Positions 19,508 to 29,755 of a stretch of DNA of 64,000 nucleotides are shown one piece after another. The notes under the pieces are model-generated. The model ran no database searches and was not told the DNA's origin. It was given only the letters and a program-made list of their open reading frames with translations. Source of the stretch: an uncultured delta proteobacterium (GTDB lineage Bacteria > Desulfobacterota > Binatia > Binatales > Binataceae); assembly GCA_963765675.1 (NCBI GenBank), contig CAVXXK010000001.1, forward strand, positions 1,248,001-1,312,000, written 5' to 3'. Each line of letters begins with the position of its first letter. Within the stretch, counting starts at the first letter, position 1. A program made the position numbers and the translations under genes.

Positions 19508-20790
19508 TGCCGTCTGACGGATCGATCGTCGCCGCGGGCGAGCGGGTCGCGCGCACTCGCCGTCCCGCGATTCTCGAAGGCTTTGCGCGCGCAATGGTGC
19601 TGGCTCGCCTGAAATATTTGCATTACGGCCGGCTGGTGGTCGAGGACGGCGCCGAGCGAATCGCTTTCGGTCAAGATATCGAGGACGCGGAGCTGCGCGC
19701 GACGGTGCGCGTGCACGACCGCCGTTTCTATGCGGACCTCGCGCTGGGCGGCAGCGTCGGCGCCGGCGAATCGTACATGGCGGGATGCTGGAGCGCGGAC
19801 GATCTGACTACATTGATGCGCCTGATGGTACGCAACCGCGACGTGATGGAAGGCATGGAGAGCGGCGTCGCGCGCGCCGCCAATCCGGTGCGCCGGGTTC
19901 TGCACTACCTGAACCGCAACACGCGGGAGGGCAGCCGGCGGAATATCTCGGCGCACTACGACCTCGGCAACGATTTCTTCGAGTTGGTGCTCGATCGCAG
20001 CATGATGTACTCCTGCGCGATCTTCGAAAATGCACAAGCCTCGCTCGACCAAGCCGCGGCGGCCAAGGTCGATCGCATCTGCCGCAAGCTCGAGCTCAAG
20101 CCCACCGACCATCTGGTCGAGATCGGCACCGGATGGGGCGGATTCGCGATCCATGCCGCGCGCAACTACGGATGCCGTGTCACGACCACGACCATTTCGC
20201 GCAGCCAGCACGATTTTGCGGTTGCGCGAATCGCGACGGCCGGGCTTTCCGATCGGATCACGGTCTTGCTGAAAGATTATCGCGACCTCGAAGGACAATA
20301 CGACAAGGCGGTTTCGATCGAGATGATCGAAGCGGTGGGGCATCACTTTCTCGATTCCTATTTCCGCAAGTGCGGCGAGTTGTTGAAGCCCGAGGGCATG
20401 ATGCTCTTGCAGGCGATCACGATTGCCGATCAGCATTACGCAAGCGCGCTGCGCTCGGTCGATTTCATCAAGAAGTACATTTTTCCCGGAAGCTTCATTC
20501 CGTCGGTCACCGCTATCGCCGATTCGATAACGCGCGTGAGCGACCTGCGCCTGTTCCATCTTGAAGATTTGACACCCAACTATGCCGAGACGCTAAAGCA
20601 TTGGCGGCTCAACACGTTCGCGAACCTCGACAAGGTGAAAGCGCTAGGCTATCCCGACGAGTTCATCCGGATGTGGGAATACTATTTGTGCTACTGCGAA
20701 GGCGGTTTTCGCGAGCGCTATATCGGCGACGTGCAGATGCTACTGGTCAAGCCGCTATGCCGCCGCGCTCCGGTTCTGCCACGTTTGTGA
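19507..20790 (+). CDS. cfa: Cyclopropane-fatty-acyl-phospholipid synthase family methyltransferase
   Basis: NISAHYDLGNDF, MMYSCA, EIGTGWG, SIEMIEAVG, FIKKYIFPG, MWEYYLCYCEGGF; TGATG overlap with the desaturase. Confidence 0.92.
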   Translation: MPSDGSIVAAGERVARTRRPAILEGFARAMVLARLKYLHYGRLVVEDGAERIAFGQDIEDAELRATVRVHDRRFYADLALGGSVGAGESYMAGCWSADDLTTLMRLMVRNRDVMEGMESGVARAANPVRRVLHYLNRNTREGSRRNISAHYDLGNDFFELVLDRSMMYSCAIFENAQASLDQAAAAKVDRICRKLELKPTDHLVEIGTGWGGFAIHAARNYGCRVTTTTISRSQHDFAVARIATAGLSDRITVLLKDYRDLEGQYDKAVSIEMIEAVGHHFLDSYFRKCGELLKPEGMMLLQAITIADQHYASALRSVDFIKKYIFPGSFIPSVTAIADSITRVSDLRLFHLEDLTPNYAETLKHWRLNTFANLDKVKALGYPDEFIRMWEYYLCYCEGGFRERYIGDVQMLLVKPLCRRAPVLPRL

Positions 20791-20813
20791 CTGAGTAAAG
20801 GCGCAGCGCGCAA

Positions 20814-22418
20814 TCAGGTCGGTTCGCCGGCGCCCACGACTTCGTACGGACGCATCATTTCCTTGTCCTCGTGCTCGAGATTGTGACAGTGCCATACGTA
20901 GCGGCCTTTGTAGCCTTCAAACCGAATGATGATTCGGGTGACGGCATGGGGCTGGGTGCGCACCGTATCCTTCCAGCCCATCTCATTCGGGTCGGGCGGC
21001 GTCGCCGGGCCCAGGTAGCGTAACTTGCTCGTACGTTGATACTCGAAAGGCTCGAAGACGCGTCGATCCAGGATCTGGAAACGAACCAGGTGCAGGTGAA
21101 TCGGGTGAACCTCGTCAGTCAGGTTGACCAGATTCCAAATCTCAGTCGTGTCGATCACTGGTTTTTCGGTAATCGGCTGGTGCCAGTAGGTCTTATTGAG
21201 AAGCATCAGAATGGTTTTCCCGCTGCGATCGTCGTACTCGTCCAGTGTGAGCGTCCGCGTGCGCACAGCGCTTGCCTCAGATATCCGCGGCACCGGACGC
21301 AGTGTACGTGGAACGGTGCTGGAATCGCTGGAATTGATGCGAGCGACCCGGAACTGCATCACGTCCTCATTGTCGTCCTTGAAAACAATGTTCTCACCTT
21401 GCAGGCCGGCGAAATCGATTACGATATCGGCGCGTTCAGCGGGAGCAATCGCCAGCCGCTTCACGTCGACAGGTGCTGACAGCAGTCCTTGATCGCTTCC
21501 GATTTGCGTCATCGGCAATCCATTCGCCAATAGCAAGTGGTAGAGCCGCGCGTTCGACGCATTGATTATTCGGAAACGGTACTTTCGTGGCTCGACCTCC
21601 AGATACGGCAGAATCCGGCCGTTGACCATCATGATATTGCCGAAAAAATCCGCGACCCAAGGAGAGCGCGGATCACTGGAGACTGGATAGAGTAGCTGTC
21701 CGCGCGTATCGAGCATCCGGTCATATATCACGAGTGGGACCTCATAGGGGCCGCTCGGCAGATTGAGTGAGTCTTCGAAACGATCGCGCGCGATGAACAG
21801 TCCCAGCAGCCCGGCGTATATATTCAGCCGGTTAATACCCATCGCGTGATCGTGATACCAGAGCGTCGCCGCGTCTTGATTATTTGGATAAAGATACGTG
21901 GCGGACTTGCCCGGAGGATACCAATCCTCCGGGTAGCCGTCGCTATCGGGCGGAGTCTTCCCGCCATGCAGATGCACGACGGCACGCACTTCGGGATTGC
22001 CGGATTCGGCGCCGTGCAGTGTACGATCGATCGGCAGGAAGTGATGATGAGGTAGTCGATTGATCCATTGCACCAGCAATGCATTACCGCTGACCGTGTC
22101 GATCGTCGGGCCGGGGACCATGCCGCTATATCCCCATTGGCGGGTAGGCGGAAGATCGCGATGGAGTTTGCTGGCGAACTCACGCATCTCGATTTGGTAG
22201 AAGGGAATTTCGCGCGAGGGATCCGCAGGACTGGCGCGCTGTCCGTAGACGCGGGCGGTCGGAAGGAGCGGGAGAGGATCGGCGAAGGCATGGAGCTTGG
22301 TGGGATCCAGCGCCTGAATCTGACCAGGCTCGGAACCGGAAGCCGTTGCGGCTCCAGTGAGTAACCCCGCTGTGACTATACCCCCGATTCGAAGGAAATC
22401 TCTTCGTGTAATTCGCAC
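20814..22418 (-). CDS. Tat-exported CotA/bilirubin-oxidase-like multicopper oxidase
   Basis: TRRDFL Tat motif; HLHG, WYHDH, HPIHLH, WHCHNLEHEDKEMM copper sites. Confidence 0.93.
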   Translation of the reverse strand: MRITRRDFLRIGGIVTAGLLTGAATASGSEPGQIQALDPTKLHAFADPLPLLPTARVYGQRASPADPSREIPFYQIEMREFASKLHRDLPPTRQWGYSGMVPGPTIDTVSGNALLVQWINRLPHHHFLPIDRTLHGAESGNPEVRAVVHLHGGKTPPDSDGYPEDWYPPGKSATYLYPNNQDAATLWYHDHAMGINRLNIYAGLLGLFIARDRFEDSLNLPSGPYEVPLVIYDRMLDTRGQLLYPVSSDPRSPWVADFFGNIMMVNGRILPYLEVEPRKYRFRIINASNARLYHLLLANGLPMTQIGSDQGLLSAPVDVKRLAIAPAERADIVIDFAGLQGENIVFKDDNEDVMQFRVARINSSDSSTVPRTLRPVPRISEASAVRTRTLTLDEYDDRSGKTILMLLNKTYWHQPITEKPVIDTTEIWNLVNLTDEVHPIHLHLVRFQILDRRVFEPFEYQRTSKLRYLGPATPPDPNEMGWKDTVRTQPHAVTRIIIRFEGYKGRYVWHCHNLEHEDKEMMRPYEVVGAGEPT

Positions 22419-22476
22419 CTACGACCTCAATCTGATCGCTAAGAGCGCGCGGTGAAACAAATAATACTGACGCGCG

Positions 22477-22508
22477 CCGGCATGCGCGCGATTAAGCGCG
22501 CATGCCGG
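22477..22508. other. 13-bp intergenic stem-loop
   Basis: CCGGCATGCGCGC-gattaa-GCGCGCATGCCGG between the phosphoesterase and the oxidase; no adjacent U tract. Confidence 0.6.
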
Positions 22509-22536
22509 GCACCATCAGACTCTTCTCGGATTGTTA

Positions 22537-24192
22537 CTAGCGTGTGAATTGAGGGCCTTCGGACTCACCGCTGTTCGGGTCGATAATCAGCGTATTGAAA
22601 TTTGGACGCTGATCGAAGTCGAACATATTAGTCAACGAACCCGCGTACGCGTCGGACGAACCGGCGCCGAGCCGATTGCCGCCGAGCCAGTTGTCCTCGA
22701 CGAAGCGGATGATCGAGCTCTGATCGGTGAGCGTGTGGTCAACGAAGTTTTGCTTCGCCCACGATGAGATCACCATCATCGGAAGCCGCGGACCATATCC
22801 GCACCGGCCCTGCGCGTGCAGGGTGGCAGGATTGACCCCCGGTAACGCGCTGCTGCCGTCTCCACATGCCCCTTCGCCGGTGAGCGCATCAGCGCTGGTC
22901 GAGGAGTGGTTGACGATCGGACCGATCTGATGATCATACCAGCCGTCGGAATCGTCATAGTTAATGACTACCGCGGTATCGGACCAGAAGGGGCTCTCCT
23001 GAAGCGCGTTGATGACTTGTGCTACGAACTGCTGCTCGTCGAGCGGCGATGAGTAACCCGCGTGCGCATCCTGACTTCCGATCGCCTTCAGAAAACTCAC
23101 TGCTGGCAGGTTGCCGCTGTCTAGCGCGGCGAAGAAATCCTGGATGTCGTATTGATGATTTGCCTGATCCGTCTGCCCGATGTTGCCGATTGAAGTTGGG
23201 CGCAAGTGTTTCGGATTGGCAGTCGATACATAGTATTGGAATGGCTCGTGATGCGGAACATAGTCGGCCTTGTTTGCGCCGGTGATCGGCGAGGTCGTGT
23301 TCCGTGAACATCCGGTACTGCCGTTCGAGTTGACGATACTTAGATTGAAGCCGCCCTCGAACCACCCCCATGTAAGGCCGGCTTTGTTGAGCAGAGTGCC
23401 AATGTTCGGTCCGCTCATCTGGACTTTGACGCCGGTCGAGGTGGAGCAGACGTCGCCGATCGGGTCCGCGTCGCTGATCAAAGTCAGCCCGCCGTTGCCG
23501 TCGCTGATCGTGACATCGGAGGGTCCATTCTCGACTTCGCTCACGCCATTGGTCTGGCCGGAGACGAGGTTGATGGCGCCGGGAGACGACGGTCCAAAGG
23601 TGGTGTCATAGGAGTTATCATTGAGCGCGTAATGCTGCGCATAGTTCCACAGCGCCGTCACGGTATTGCCGTCGTAGTAGCCCATCACCAGCCCGGTGCT
23701 ATCGACGGTGTCGGGCGGGGTCCCGGGAGGCGGTCCCGCGGTGCCGGTGAATTCCGGGAACGCGTCCATCAGGCCGTTGTCGAAGGCCTGCTGCTCCGGC
23801 GTGTAGTCGTGGTCCTGATCCGCAGTCAGGGCTTGGGAACGGTCGAGGCGAAAAGGATTGGCCGCGCCGGTCCCGTTCGCGGCGTTGAGAAAGTTCGGAT
23901 TCGCGGTCGATAGGACTCCTCCGAGGCCGTTGACGCTCGGCGTCCCCCGGAGAGGGCTGAAGCTGGGTTCGCCAGGCGGATTGGTGGCGTTGGGATAAGT
24001 GCCGAAGTAATGATCAAAGGAGATATTTTCTCCGAAGATCACCACCAGATGTTTGATCGGCGTTGCGGTTTGGGGGCTTACGGGGAAGTCCGGGCGATTT
24101 GCTCCTGCCACGCCCGCCTGCATGGCGACCATGCCGAGCGCGGTGGCGCCCGCAACCCCTTGACGAATCAAAGCTCTAAGTCTCTTGCGCAT
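22537..24192 (-). CDS. Secreted AcpA/phospholipase C-family phosphoesterase
   Basis: Signal peptide, TPIKHLVVIFGENISFDHYFGTYP, FGPSSPGA, LPAVSFLK, YDDSDGWYDH, GPRLP; GGAGGAGG RBS. Confidence 0.9.
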   Translation of the reverse strand: MRKRLRALIRQGVAGATALGMVAMQAGVAGANRPDFPVSPQTATPIKHLVVIFGENISFDHYFGTYPNATNPPGEPSFSPLRGTPSVNGLGGVLSTANPNFLNAANGTGAANPFRLDRSQALTADQDHDYTPEQQAFDNGLMDAFPEFTGTAGPPPGTPPDTVDSTGLVMGYYDGNTVTALWNYAQHYALNDNSYDTTFGPSSPGAINLVSGQTNGVSEVENGPSDVTISDGNGGLTLISDADPIGDVCSTSTGVKVQMSGPNIGTLLNKAGLTWGWFEGGFNLSIVNSNGSTGCSRNTTSPITGANKADYVPHHEPFQYYVSTANPKHLRPTSIGNIGQTDQANHQYDIQDFFAALDSGNLPAVSFLKAIGSQDAHAGYSSPLDEQQFVAQVINALQESPFWSDTAVVINYDDSDGWYDHQIGPIVNHSSTSADALTGEGACGDGSSALPGVNPATLHAQGRCGYGPRLPMMVISSWAKQNFVDHTLTDQSSIIRFVEDNWLGGNRLGAGSSDAYAGSLTNMFDFDQRPNFNTLIIDPNSGESEGPQFTR

Positions 24193-24354
24193 AATTCCCT
24201 CCTCCTGAATCGTTTGAAGCGAAACAAAGCCACGGCTGCACAACCGCTATTGCGGGAGGAATATAGGCGCGAACAGATTGCGCCTCTTTCAACGGAAAAA
24301 TAATTCGCCGTTACGCGAGAATCTTCTTTCTGCAAACGGAATCGGGAGCGAGGC

Positions 24355-24390
24355 TTGACGCGAGCTATAACCGGGTGATAATTATTATCA
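24355..24390 (+). promoter_or_regulatory. Sigma70-like promoter overlapped by a perfect 7-1-7 Fur-type box
   Basis: TTGACG (24355-24360), 16 nt, GATAAT; the palindrome TGATAAT-T-ATTATCA spans 24376-24390. Confidence 0.8.
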
Positions 24391-24395
24391 TCTGA

Positions 24396-24899
24396 GTGAT
24401 GGAACTACAGCTCGTCAGTGAGGGTCGCCGCGCCGGCTACGCCGCGCGCAGGCTCGAGGAGTTCGCCGCGCGATGCCGCCGCGGAGGTCTTGCCGTGACT
24501 CCTCAGCGCCTGGCGATTATCCAGGCCCTGCTCGAGTCCGGAGAGCATCCGCGCGCCGACACGATCTACGCCGAAGTGCGCAAACTCCATCCGCACATCT
24601 CGCTCGCTACGGTGCATCGGACCCTCGAGACTATGTGCGAGGTCGGAGAGGCGCGCAAAGTCACGATGCTGCACGATAGCGCGCGCTACGACGGTAATCT
24701 GATGCCGCATCATCATGTGGTCTGCGTCAAATGCCGGCGGATCCGCGATATCGAGATTCCGGAGCTGGACAAGGTTCTGGAAGGACGCTCGGGACTGGGC
24801 GAATTCACCTTGCTCGGCGCATCGCTGGAAGTGATCGCGCTGTGCGAACGATGCAGACCTCGCCGCAAGCGTGCGCACGCAGCGAGGAGACGTGGCTGA
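24396..24899 (+). CDS. Fur-family regulator, PerR-like
   Basis: TPQRLAI, EHPRAD, ISLATVHRTL, ARYDGN, HHHVVCVKC...CERC; heads the rubrerythrin cluster. Confidence 0.9.
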   Translation: MMELQLVSEGRRAGYAARRLEEFAARCRRGGLAVTPQRLAIIQALLESGEHPRADTIYAEVRKLHPHISLATVHRTLETMCEVGEARKVTMLHDSARYDGNLMPHHHVVCVKCRRIRDIEIPELDKVLEGRSGLGEFTLLGASLEVIALCERCRPRRKRAHAARRRG

Positions 24900-24953
24900 C
24901 CGTCACAAGTCGAACTGAGGACGAAACCGTTTGCTTAAAGTCAGGAGGCAATA

Positions 24954-25373
<420 letters not shown>

Positions 25374-25387
25374 GCCGTGCACTGAGA

Positions 25388-25489
25388 CCCCCTCTCACCT
25401 GCTTTAATATGCCCTCTCCCACCGGGAGGGGGCGGCGCGGCGCGATGCTTGCGTTTTTTTCACAAGCATCGCGCCGCGCGGGTGAGGGT
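25388..25489. repeat. REP-like nested palindromic element
   Basis: Outer CCCTCTCACC/GGTGAGGG arms enclosing CCCTCTCCC-acc-GGGAGGGGG and a 16-bp stem CGCGGCGCGATGCTTG (25436-25451) / CAAGCATCGCGCCGCG (25463-25478). Confidence 0.7.
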
Positions 25490-25586
25490 GCTTACTATGC
25501 AACTCCTGGCGAGGTGCATCCGGAGCGATTCTTTTCCCAATCCACGCCGCGTCGCCGGACGCAGTTCGTCCGGAGGTCCCGTAAGC

Positions 25587-26939
25587 ATGTCCAGCCGCAT
25601 TTCATCTCAGCCTACCGACGGCCTGTGTTACAGTCCGACTGACCCGAAGTATTGGGAACGCGCCGGCCTGGACAAGGAGGTCGAGCGCGTTTTCGACATC
25701 TGCCAGGGATGCCGCCTGTGCTGGAACTTGTGCCCGTCATTCCCTGTGCTGTTCGATGGCGTCGATCGCAATGACGGCGACGTGCGCGGACTGACCAAAG
25801 ACGAAACCCGCCGCGTGGTCGACCTTTGCTACGGATGCAAGCTGTGCGAGGTGAAGTGCCCCTACACGCCGCGCGACGGGCACGAATTCCAGCTCGACTT
25901 TCCGCGCTTGATGTTGCGCGCGAAATCGGTGCGCGCCAAAGAGGAAGGCGTCGGGATGCGTGAGAAACTGCTCGGCAATCCTGACCTGCTCGGAAAAATC
26001 GGAAGCAAGACCCCCGGACTTGCCAACTGGGGATGCCATCAGAAGTTCCAGCGCGTGATGATGGAGAAGCTGCTTGGGATTCATCGCGACAAGCTTCTGC
26101 CTGATTTCGCGGGTGAGACCTTCGACAAATGGCTCAAACGACATCCGCTGCCGCCTGCTCCCGCCGAGCCGGCCGCGAAAGTGGCGCTGTTTCCAACCTG
26201 CTTCGTCAACTATTACCGGCCCGCTCCGGGTATCGCCGCGGTTGACGTGCTGGCCAAAAACGGATGCGACGTGAAATGCCCGAAGCAAAACTGCTGCGGG
26301 ATGCCCGCGCTCGATGGCGGCGAGATAGAATTCGCGCAGTCAGAGGCGCGGTCGAATATTGCCTCGATGCTGCCGCTGGTGCGCCAGGGCTACAAAATCG
26401 CCGCGATCAATCCAACCTGCTCTTTGATGATGCGACAGGAGTATCCAAAGATTCTCGCAACCGCCGAGGCCAGGGAATTCGCTGCCGCGGTGGTCGATCC
26501 GCACGAAGTGCTATGGCAACTGAAACAGGCCGATCGCTTCAACCGCGGCTTTCTCAGCACGCCCGGCACTATCGCCTACCATGTGCCGTGCCATCTGAAA
26601 GCGCAGGGAATCGGATTTCGCTCGCGCGATTTGATGCGCATCATCCCGGGCGCGAGCATCGCGACCGTCGATGCGTGCACGGCGCACGATGGCACCTGGG
26701 CGATGAAGAAGGAATTCTTCGAGCTCTCGATGCAGGCCGGAGAGAAAGCGTTTGCCGGAATGCGCGACGCGGACGCCAGGGTGATGGCGTCCGACTGTCC
26801 TCTGGCGGCGGTACAAATCGAACAGGCCACGGGCATTCATCCGATGCATCCGATTGAAGTGCTGGCGCGCGCGTACCGCGCGCCCGGCGACGGCGGCTTT
26901 CCCGATCGCGTGCCGGAGCCTACGGAGAAAACCGCATGA
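25587..26939 (+). CDS. Rubrerythrin-associated Fe-S oxidoreductase (GlpC/HdrD-like, CCG domains)
   Basis: CQGCRLCWNLCP, CYGCKLCEVKCP, NCCGMP, HVPCH, SDCP; GGAGG upstream. Confidence 0.88.
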   Translation: MSSRISSQPTDGLCYSPTDPKYWERAGLDKEVERVFDICQGCRLCWNLCPSFPVLFDGVDRNDGDVRGLTKDETRRVVDLCYGCKLCEVKCPYTPRDGHEFQLDFPRLMLRAKSVRAKEEGVGMREKLLGNPDLLGKIGSKTPGLANWGCHQKFQRVMMEKLLGIHRDKLLPDFAGETFDKWLKRHPLPPAPAEPAAKVALFPTCFVNYYRPAPGIAAVDVLAKNGCDVKCPKQNCCGMPALDGGEIEFAQSEARSNIASMLPLVRQGYKIAAINPTCSLMMRQEYPKILATAEAREFAAAVVDPHEVLWQLKQADRFNRGFLSTPGTIAYHVPCHLKAQGIGFRSRDLMRIIPGASIATVDACTAHDGTWAMKKEFFELSMQAGEKAFAGMRDADARVMASDCPLAAVQIEQATGIHPMHPIEVLARAYRAPGDGGFPDRVPEPTEKTA

Positions 26940-27517
26940 AACCGATCAGGTTCGAGGAGACTCTTGCGCTGGCCGATTACGATCGCGCGCGCGACCGCCT
27001 GCGCCCACTTTTCATTCATGAAAAGGAGCGTCGCCGCCTCACGGTCGGAACGCATATAACGCTGATTTTCGAAAATCCGCAGACGGTCTGGTACCAGGTG
27101 CAGGAGATGATCCATACCGAGCGGATGATCGCGCAAGACGCTATCCAGCATGAGCTCGATACTTACAACGAGCTTCTTCCCAACCCCGATTCGCTGTCGG
27201 CGACGATGTTGATCGAATACTCGGAACCGGTCGAGCGCGACGCCGCTTTGCGCCGCCTGCTCGGCCTCGAGCGGCACCTTTGGATCGTCGTCGGAGAGCG
27301 GCGCGAGCGCGCAATTTTCGATACTCGCCAGATGAACGACGAACGAATCAGCTCGGTGCAGTTCGTGCGCTTTCCGGTCGCCGGCATCAATGCCGAGGAG
27401 TTCCTGGAATTTGCGCGTGTGGGAAAATGCGCGATCGAGACCGACCATCCGAGCATGGCCGCGCGCGCCGTAATCACCGGTGTTCTCGCCGCGGCTCTCG
27501 CTGAGGATTTGGCATAA
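26936..27517 (+). CDS. DUF3501 family protein
   Basis: LIFEN.TVWYQVQEMI..ER, ELDTYNELLP, LSATMLIEY, SSVQFVRF; ATGA overlap; expected third member of the rbr cluster. Confidence 0.85.
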   Translation: MKPIRFEETLALADYDRARDRLRPLFIHEKERRRLTVGTHITLIFENPQTVWYQVQEMIHTERMIAQDAIQHELDTYNELLPNPDSLSATMLIEYSEPVERDAALRRLLGLERHLWIVVGERRERAIFDTRQMNDERISSVQFVRFPVAGINAEEFLEFARVGKCAIETDHPSMAARAVITGVLAAALAEDLA

Positions 27518-27616
27518 CCGAAGACGCTTTCGATCCCTTCCGATTTCCGAGACACTTATCGCCCGCGATCGGCGACGGGTGAAAAGCCTGCGCCGCCCAA
27601 CTCCTTTCGCGCAGGC

Positions 27617-27662
27617 AAAAGAAAACCCCGAATCCGGTTTTGCCGGATTCGGGGTTGTTGCT
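27617..27662. terminator. Intrinsic terminator between convergent genes
   Basis: AACCCCGAATCCGG-ttttg-CCGGATTCGGGGTT, with an A-run on the left and T-rich sequence on the right. Confidence 0.8.
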
Positions 27663-27688
27663 TAGTGGTCAGTTATTCGATCGCGCCA

Positions 27689-29203
27689 TCAACCCGGTGG
27701 AGGAGTTGGGGTCGGGCTCGGGGTGGCGGTCGAGGTCGGCGTGGCCGTAGCGGTCGGAGTAGCCGTTGCCGTCGCGCTTGGCGTAGGTGTCGGCGACAGG
27801 ACCGGAAGTGGAGGCACGCCCGTAACCAGTGCAACACCCACCGGCTGGTTCAGGTGGGTCTTTCGGCCCTGCAGGATAGTGTCAGGTTTGACGTTGAGAA
27901 GGCCGCTGAAAGCAGCATCCTCGAACTCAAGGACCTGGTTCCTTTCATTATTCGCCACGTAGAGGTCGCCATCGGCATCCATCGCGATACCCATGGGAGC
28001 CTTCAGGCGGGAACGCTTGCCAGCTATCTGGGTCACGACATCGCCCGTGCCACCATTGCCGACATCGAACTGGAAGACCGAGTTCTGTTTCAGATCCGAG
28101 ACCCACAGCGAACCATCAATCGGGCTGATTGCGTCGTATTCGCCCAAGTCAAGGATAGTATCGCCTACCGCATCAATCGCATCGGTGCATCCGCTCGAAC
28201 CGGCTGCATACTCCGTTACATAGCTCGGGAAGGAGCCGAAACCGCTGTTCACGACCCAGATGTTGTTGGCCGAATCCAGCGCGATGCCCACCGGGCCAAG
28301 TAATCCGGTCGAGAAGCCGTCGCTGGTGCAAATGACGGTATCCTCAATTGCTCCCAGTGGCGTCGCCAAAGGATCGGTCGCGCTTCCCGCATCGGGCTGG
28401 TACTCGAGGACCGATCCGGTACCCTCGGGTCCGCCGGTGTAATTGGTGACATAGAAGTTTCCGGGACCACCCGGGATTGCAACCACACTGGCGACGCTCA
28501 ACTCCACGAGTGGTGGGAAAGGAACGAAAGCGATTCCCTCTGGCAGGGACAGCGGATTTCCGGGATACAACTCGCCCGGTGCGCAGCTTCCATCCGAAAG
28601 CGTGACGAAACAGATCGGAGGCAATGTCATCATGAAAGCGATCGGGCTGCTGTCGGTCTGGGTACCCGGCGCATAAGCAGCGACGATATCAGGGTCAGGT
28701 TTGGCCGTTGTCCCCAAGATACTTAGATCACTCGCCGCATAAATAGCATCGGTGACGACCGGGCCACCGGGGGCAAGCGACTCAATTCCATTGGGGTTGA
28801 CCGCGTCACCCGACAGAACGTCTTCCGTGGGGACACCGGCGATGCCGAGGAGTGCGATTCCACCGGTAGCGCCTTTGATTGTCGCAGTCGGACGTGTGCC
28901 CTTATTGGCGCCTGCGGGAAAGGTCAAGATGGTGCCGACCAGGAACGCGCCGCTGTTGGTCACCACTAGTCCGCTTTCCAAGCCCAGCGATCGCTGCGCG
29001 CTCTTACTCTTCGCATAACTCGTCGTGGTTGTACCAACGACAGCCAGCGAGGCGATGACCGCCACTGTTACCACGGTTGCGAGCGCACGTTTGACGCTCA
29101 CCGTCATCAGCGCGGCTCTGTGCGCCAATGAAAACCCATCCCGTTCCTGAGTCATCGTATGCATCCTTCCCTGAGTCATTGTGTGTAACCCCCGCCGAGT
29201 CAT
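27689..29203 (-). CDS. Secreted NHL-like beta-propeller protein with Pro/Thr/Ala-rich tail (start uncertain: 29203, 29179, 29155 or later)
   Basis: Signal-like segment ending SYA|K; LSLPEGIAF, LLGPVGIALDSANNIWVVNS, LKAPMGIAMDADGDLYVAN, LNQPVGVAL; tail PTPTPSATATATPT. Confidence 0.8.
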   Translation of the reverse strand: MTRRGLHTMTQGRMHTMTQERDGFSLAHRAALMTVSVKRALATVVTVAVIASLAVVGTTTTSYAKSKSAQRSLGLESGLVVTNSGAFLVGTILTFPAGANKGTRPTATIKGATGGIALLGIAGVPTEDVLSGDAVNPNGIESLAPGGPVVTDAIYAASDLSILGTTAKPDPDIVAAYAPGTQTDSSPIAFMMTLPPICFVTLSDGSCAPGELYPGNPLSLPEGIAFVPFPPLVELSVASVVAIPGGPGNFYVTNYTGGPEGTGSVLEYQPDAGSATDPLATPLGAIEDTVICTSDGFSTGLLGPVGIALDSANNIWVVNSGFGSFPSYVTEYAAGSSGCTDAIDAVGDTILDLGEYDAISPIDGSLWVSDLKQNSVFQFDVGNGGTGDVVTQIAGKRSRLKAPMGIAMDADGDLYVANNERNQVLEFEDAAFSGLLNVKPDTILQGRKTHLNQPVGVALVTGVPPLPVLSPTPTPSATATATPTATATPTSTATPSPTPTPPPG

Positions 29204-29755
29204 TCGGTTTCGCACCTGCTGACCCAACCTAACTTCCTCCGCGTCGCCGTCAAGAACCCCTCTCAGTCCGGCTTGGCAAAAAACACTTCCTGCGAAAATC
29301 AAGGAAGCATTCCTTGGACGCGCGTATCGGTGGCTTTACGTACACTGATCGAAGATCAAATTCAAGTGCGCCGTAATTGTTTCTTAATCCTGATCGAATT
29401 CCCCGCCCCGGCCAGAAGACTTTGCGCCAAATCTCCGCGCAAACTTATGCGGCTCATCCGCCCATGTCAATTTGGTCAATGTCAGTTTCCTCGGGCCGTC
29501 AAGTACATGGTGATTGCGACCGGTGCCTGTACGGCCGATGTGTGCAACGTTGGGCTTTCGTGACCCCTCGATTTCCGGAACTTGAATTTTCACTGCGCAC
29601 CGTCTTGACAAGGGGCGAAGCCAAGTGGTAGCTAACGCCCGTTCGTAGTTGTCTAAGCGGCGACGGGGGATAGTGTCGATCCCGCGTCCCGTTTTGATCA
29701 CAGGGGCTTGTAGAGTTCGACCAATCACGACGGTCTAACTGGCTTGGGGGTGTAT

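Noticed and set aside
27692-27800. Repetitive DNA as a tandem array or CRISPR
   Set aside because: It encodes the Pro/Thr/Ala tail of the propeller protein. I saw no repeat-spacer structure or cas genes anywhere in the window.
29611-29640. AGGGGCGAAGCCAAGTGGTAGCTAACGCCC resembling JUMPStart pieces or a riboswitch stem
   Set aside because: The sub-motifs are in the wrong order, there is no GGCGGTAG core, a terminator separates it from the capsule locus, and I recognise no aptamer consensus.
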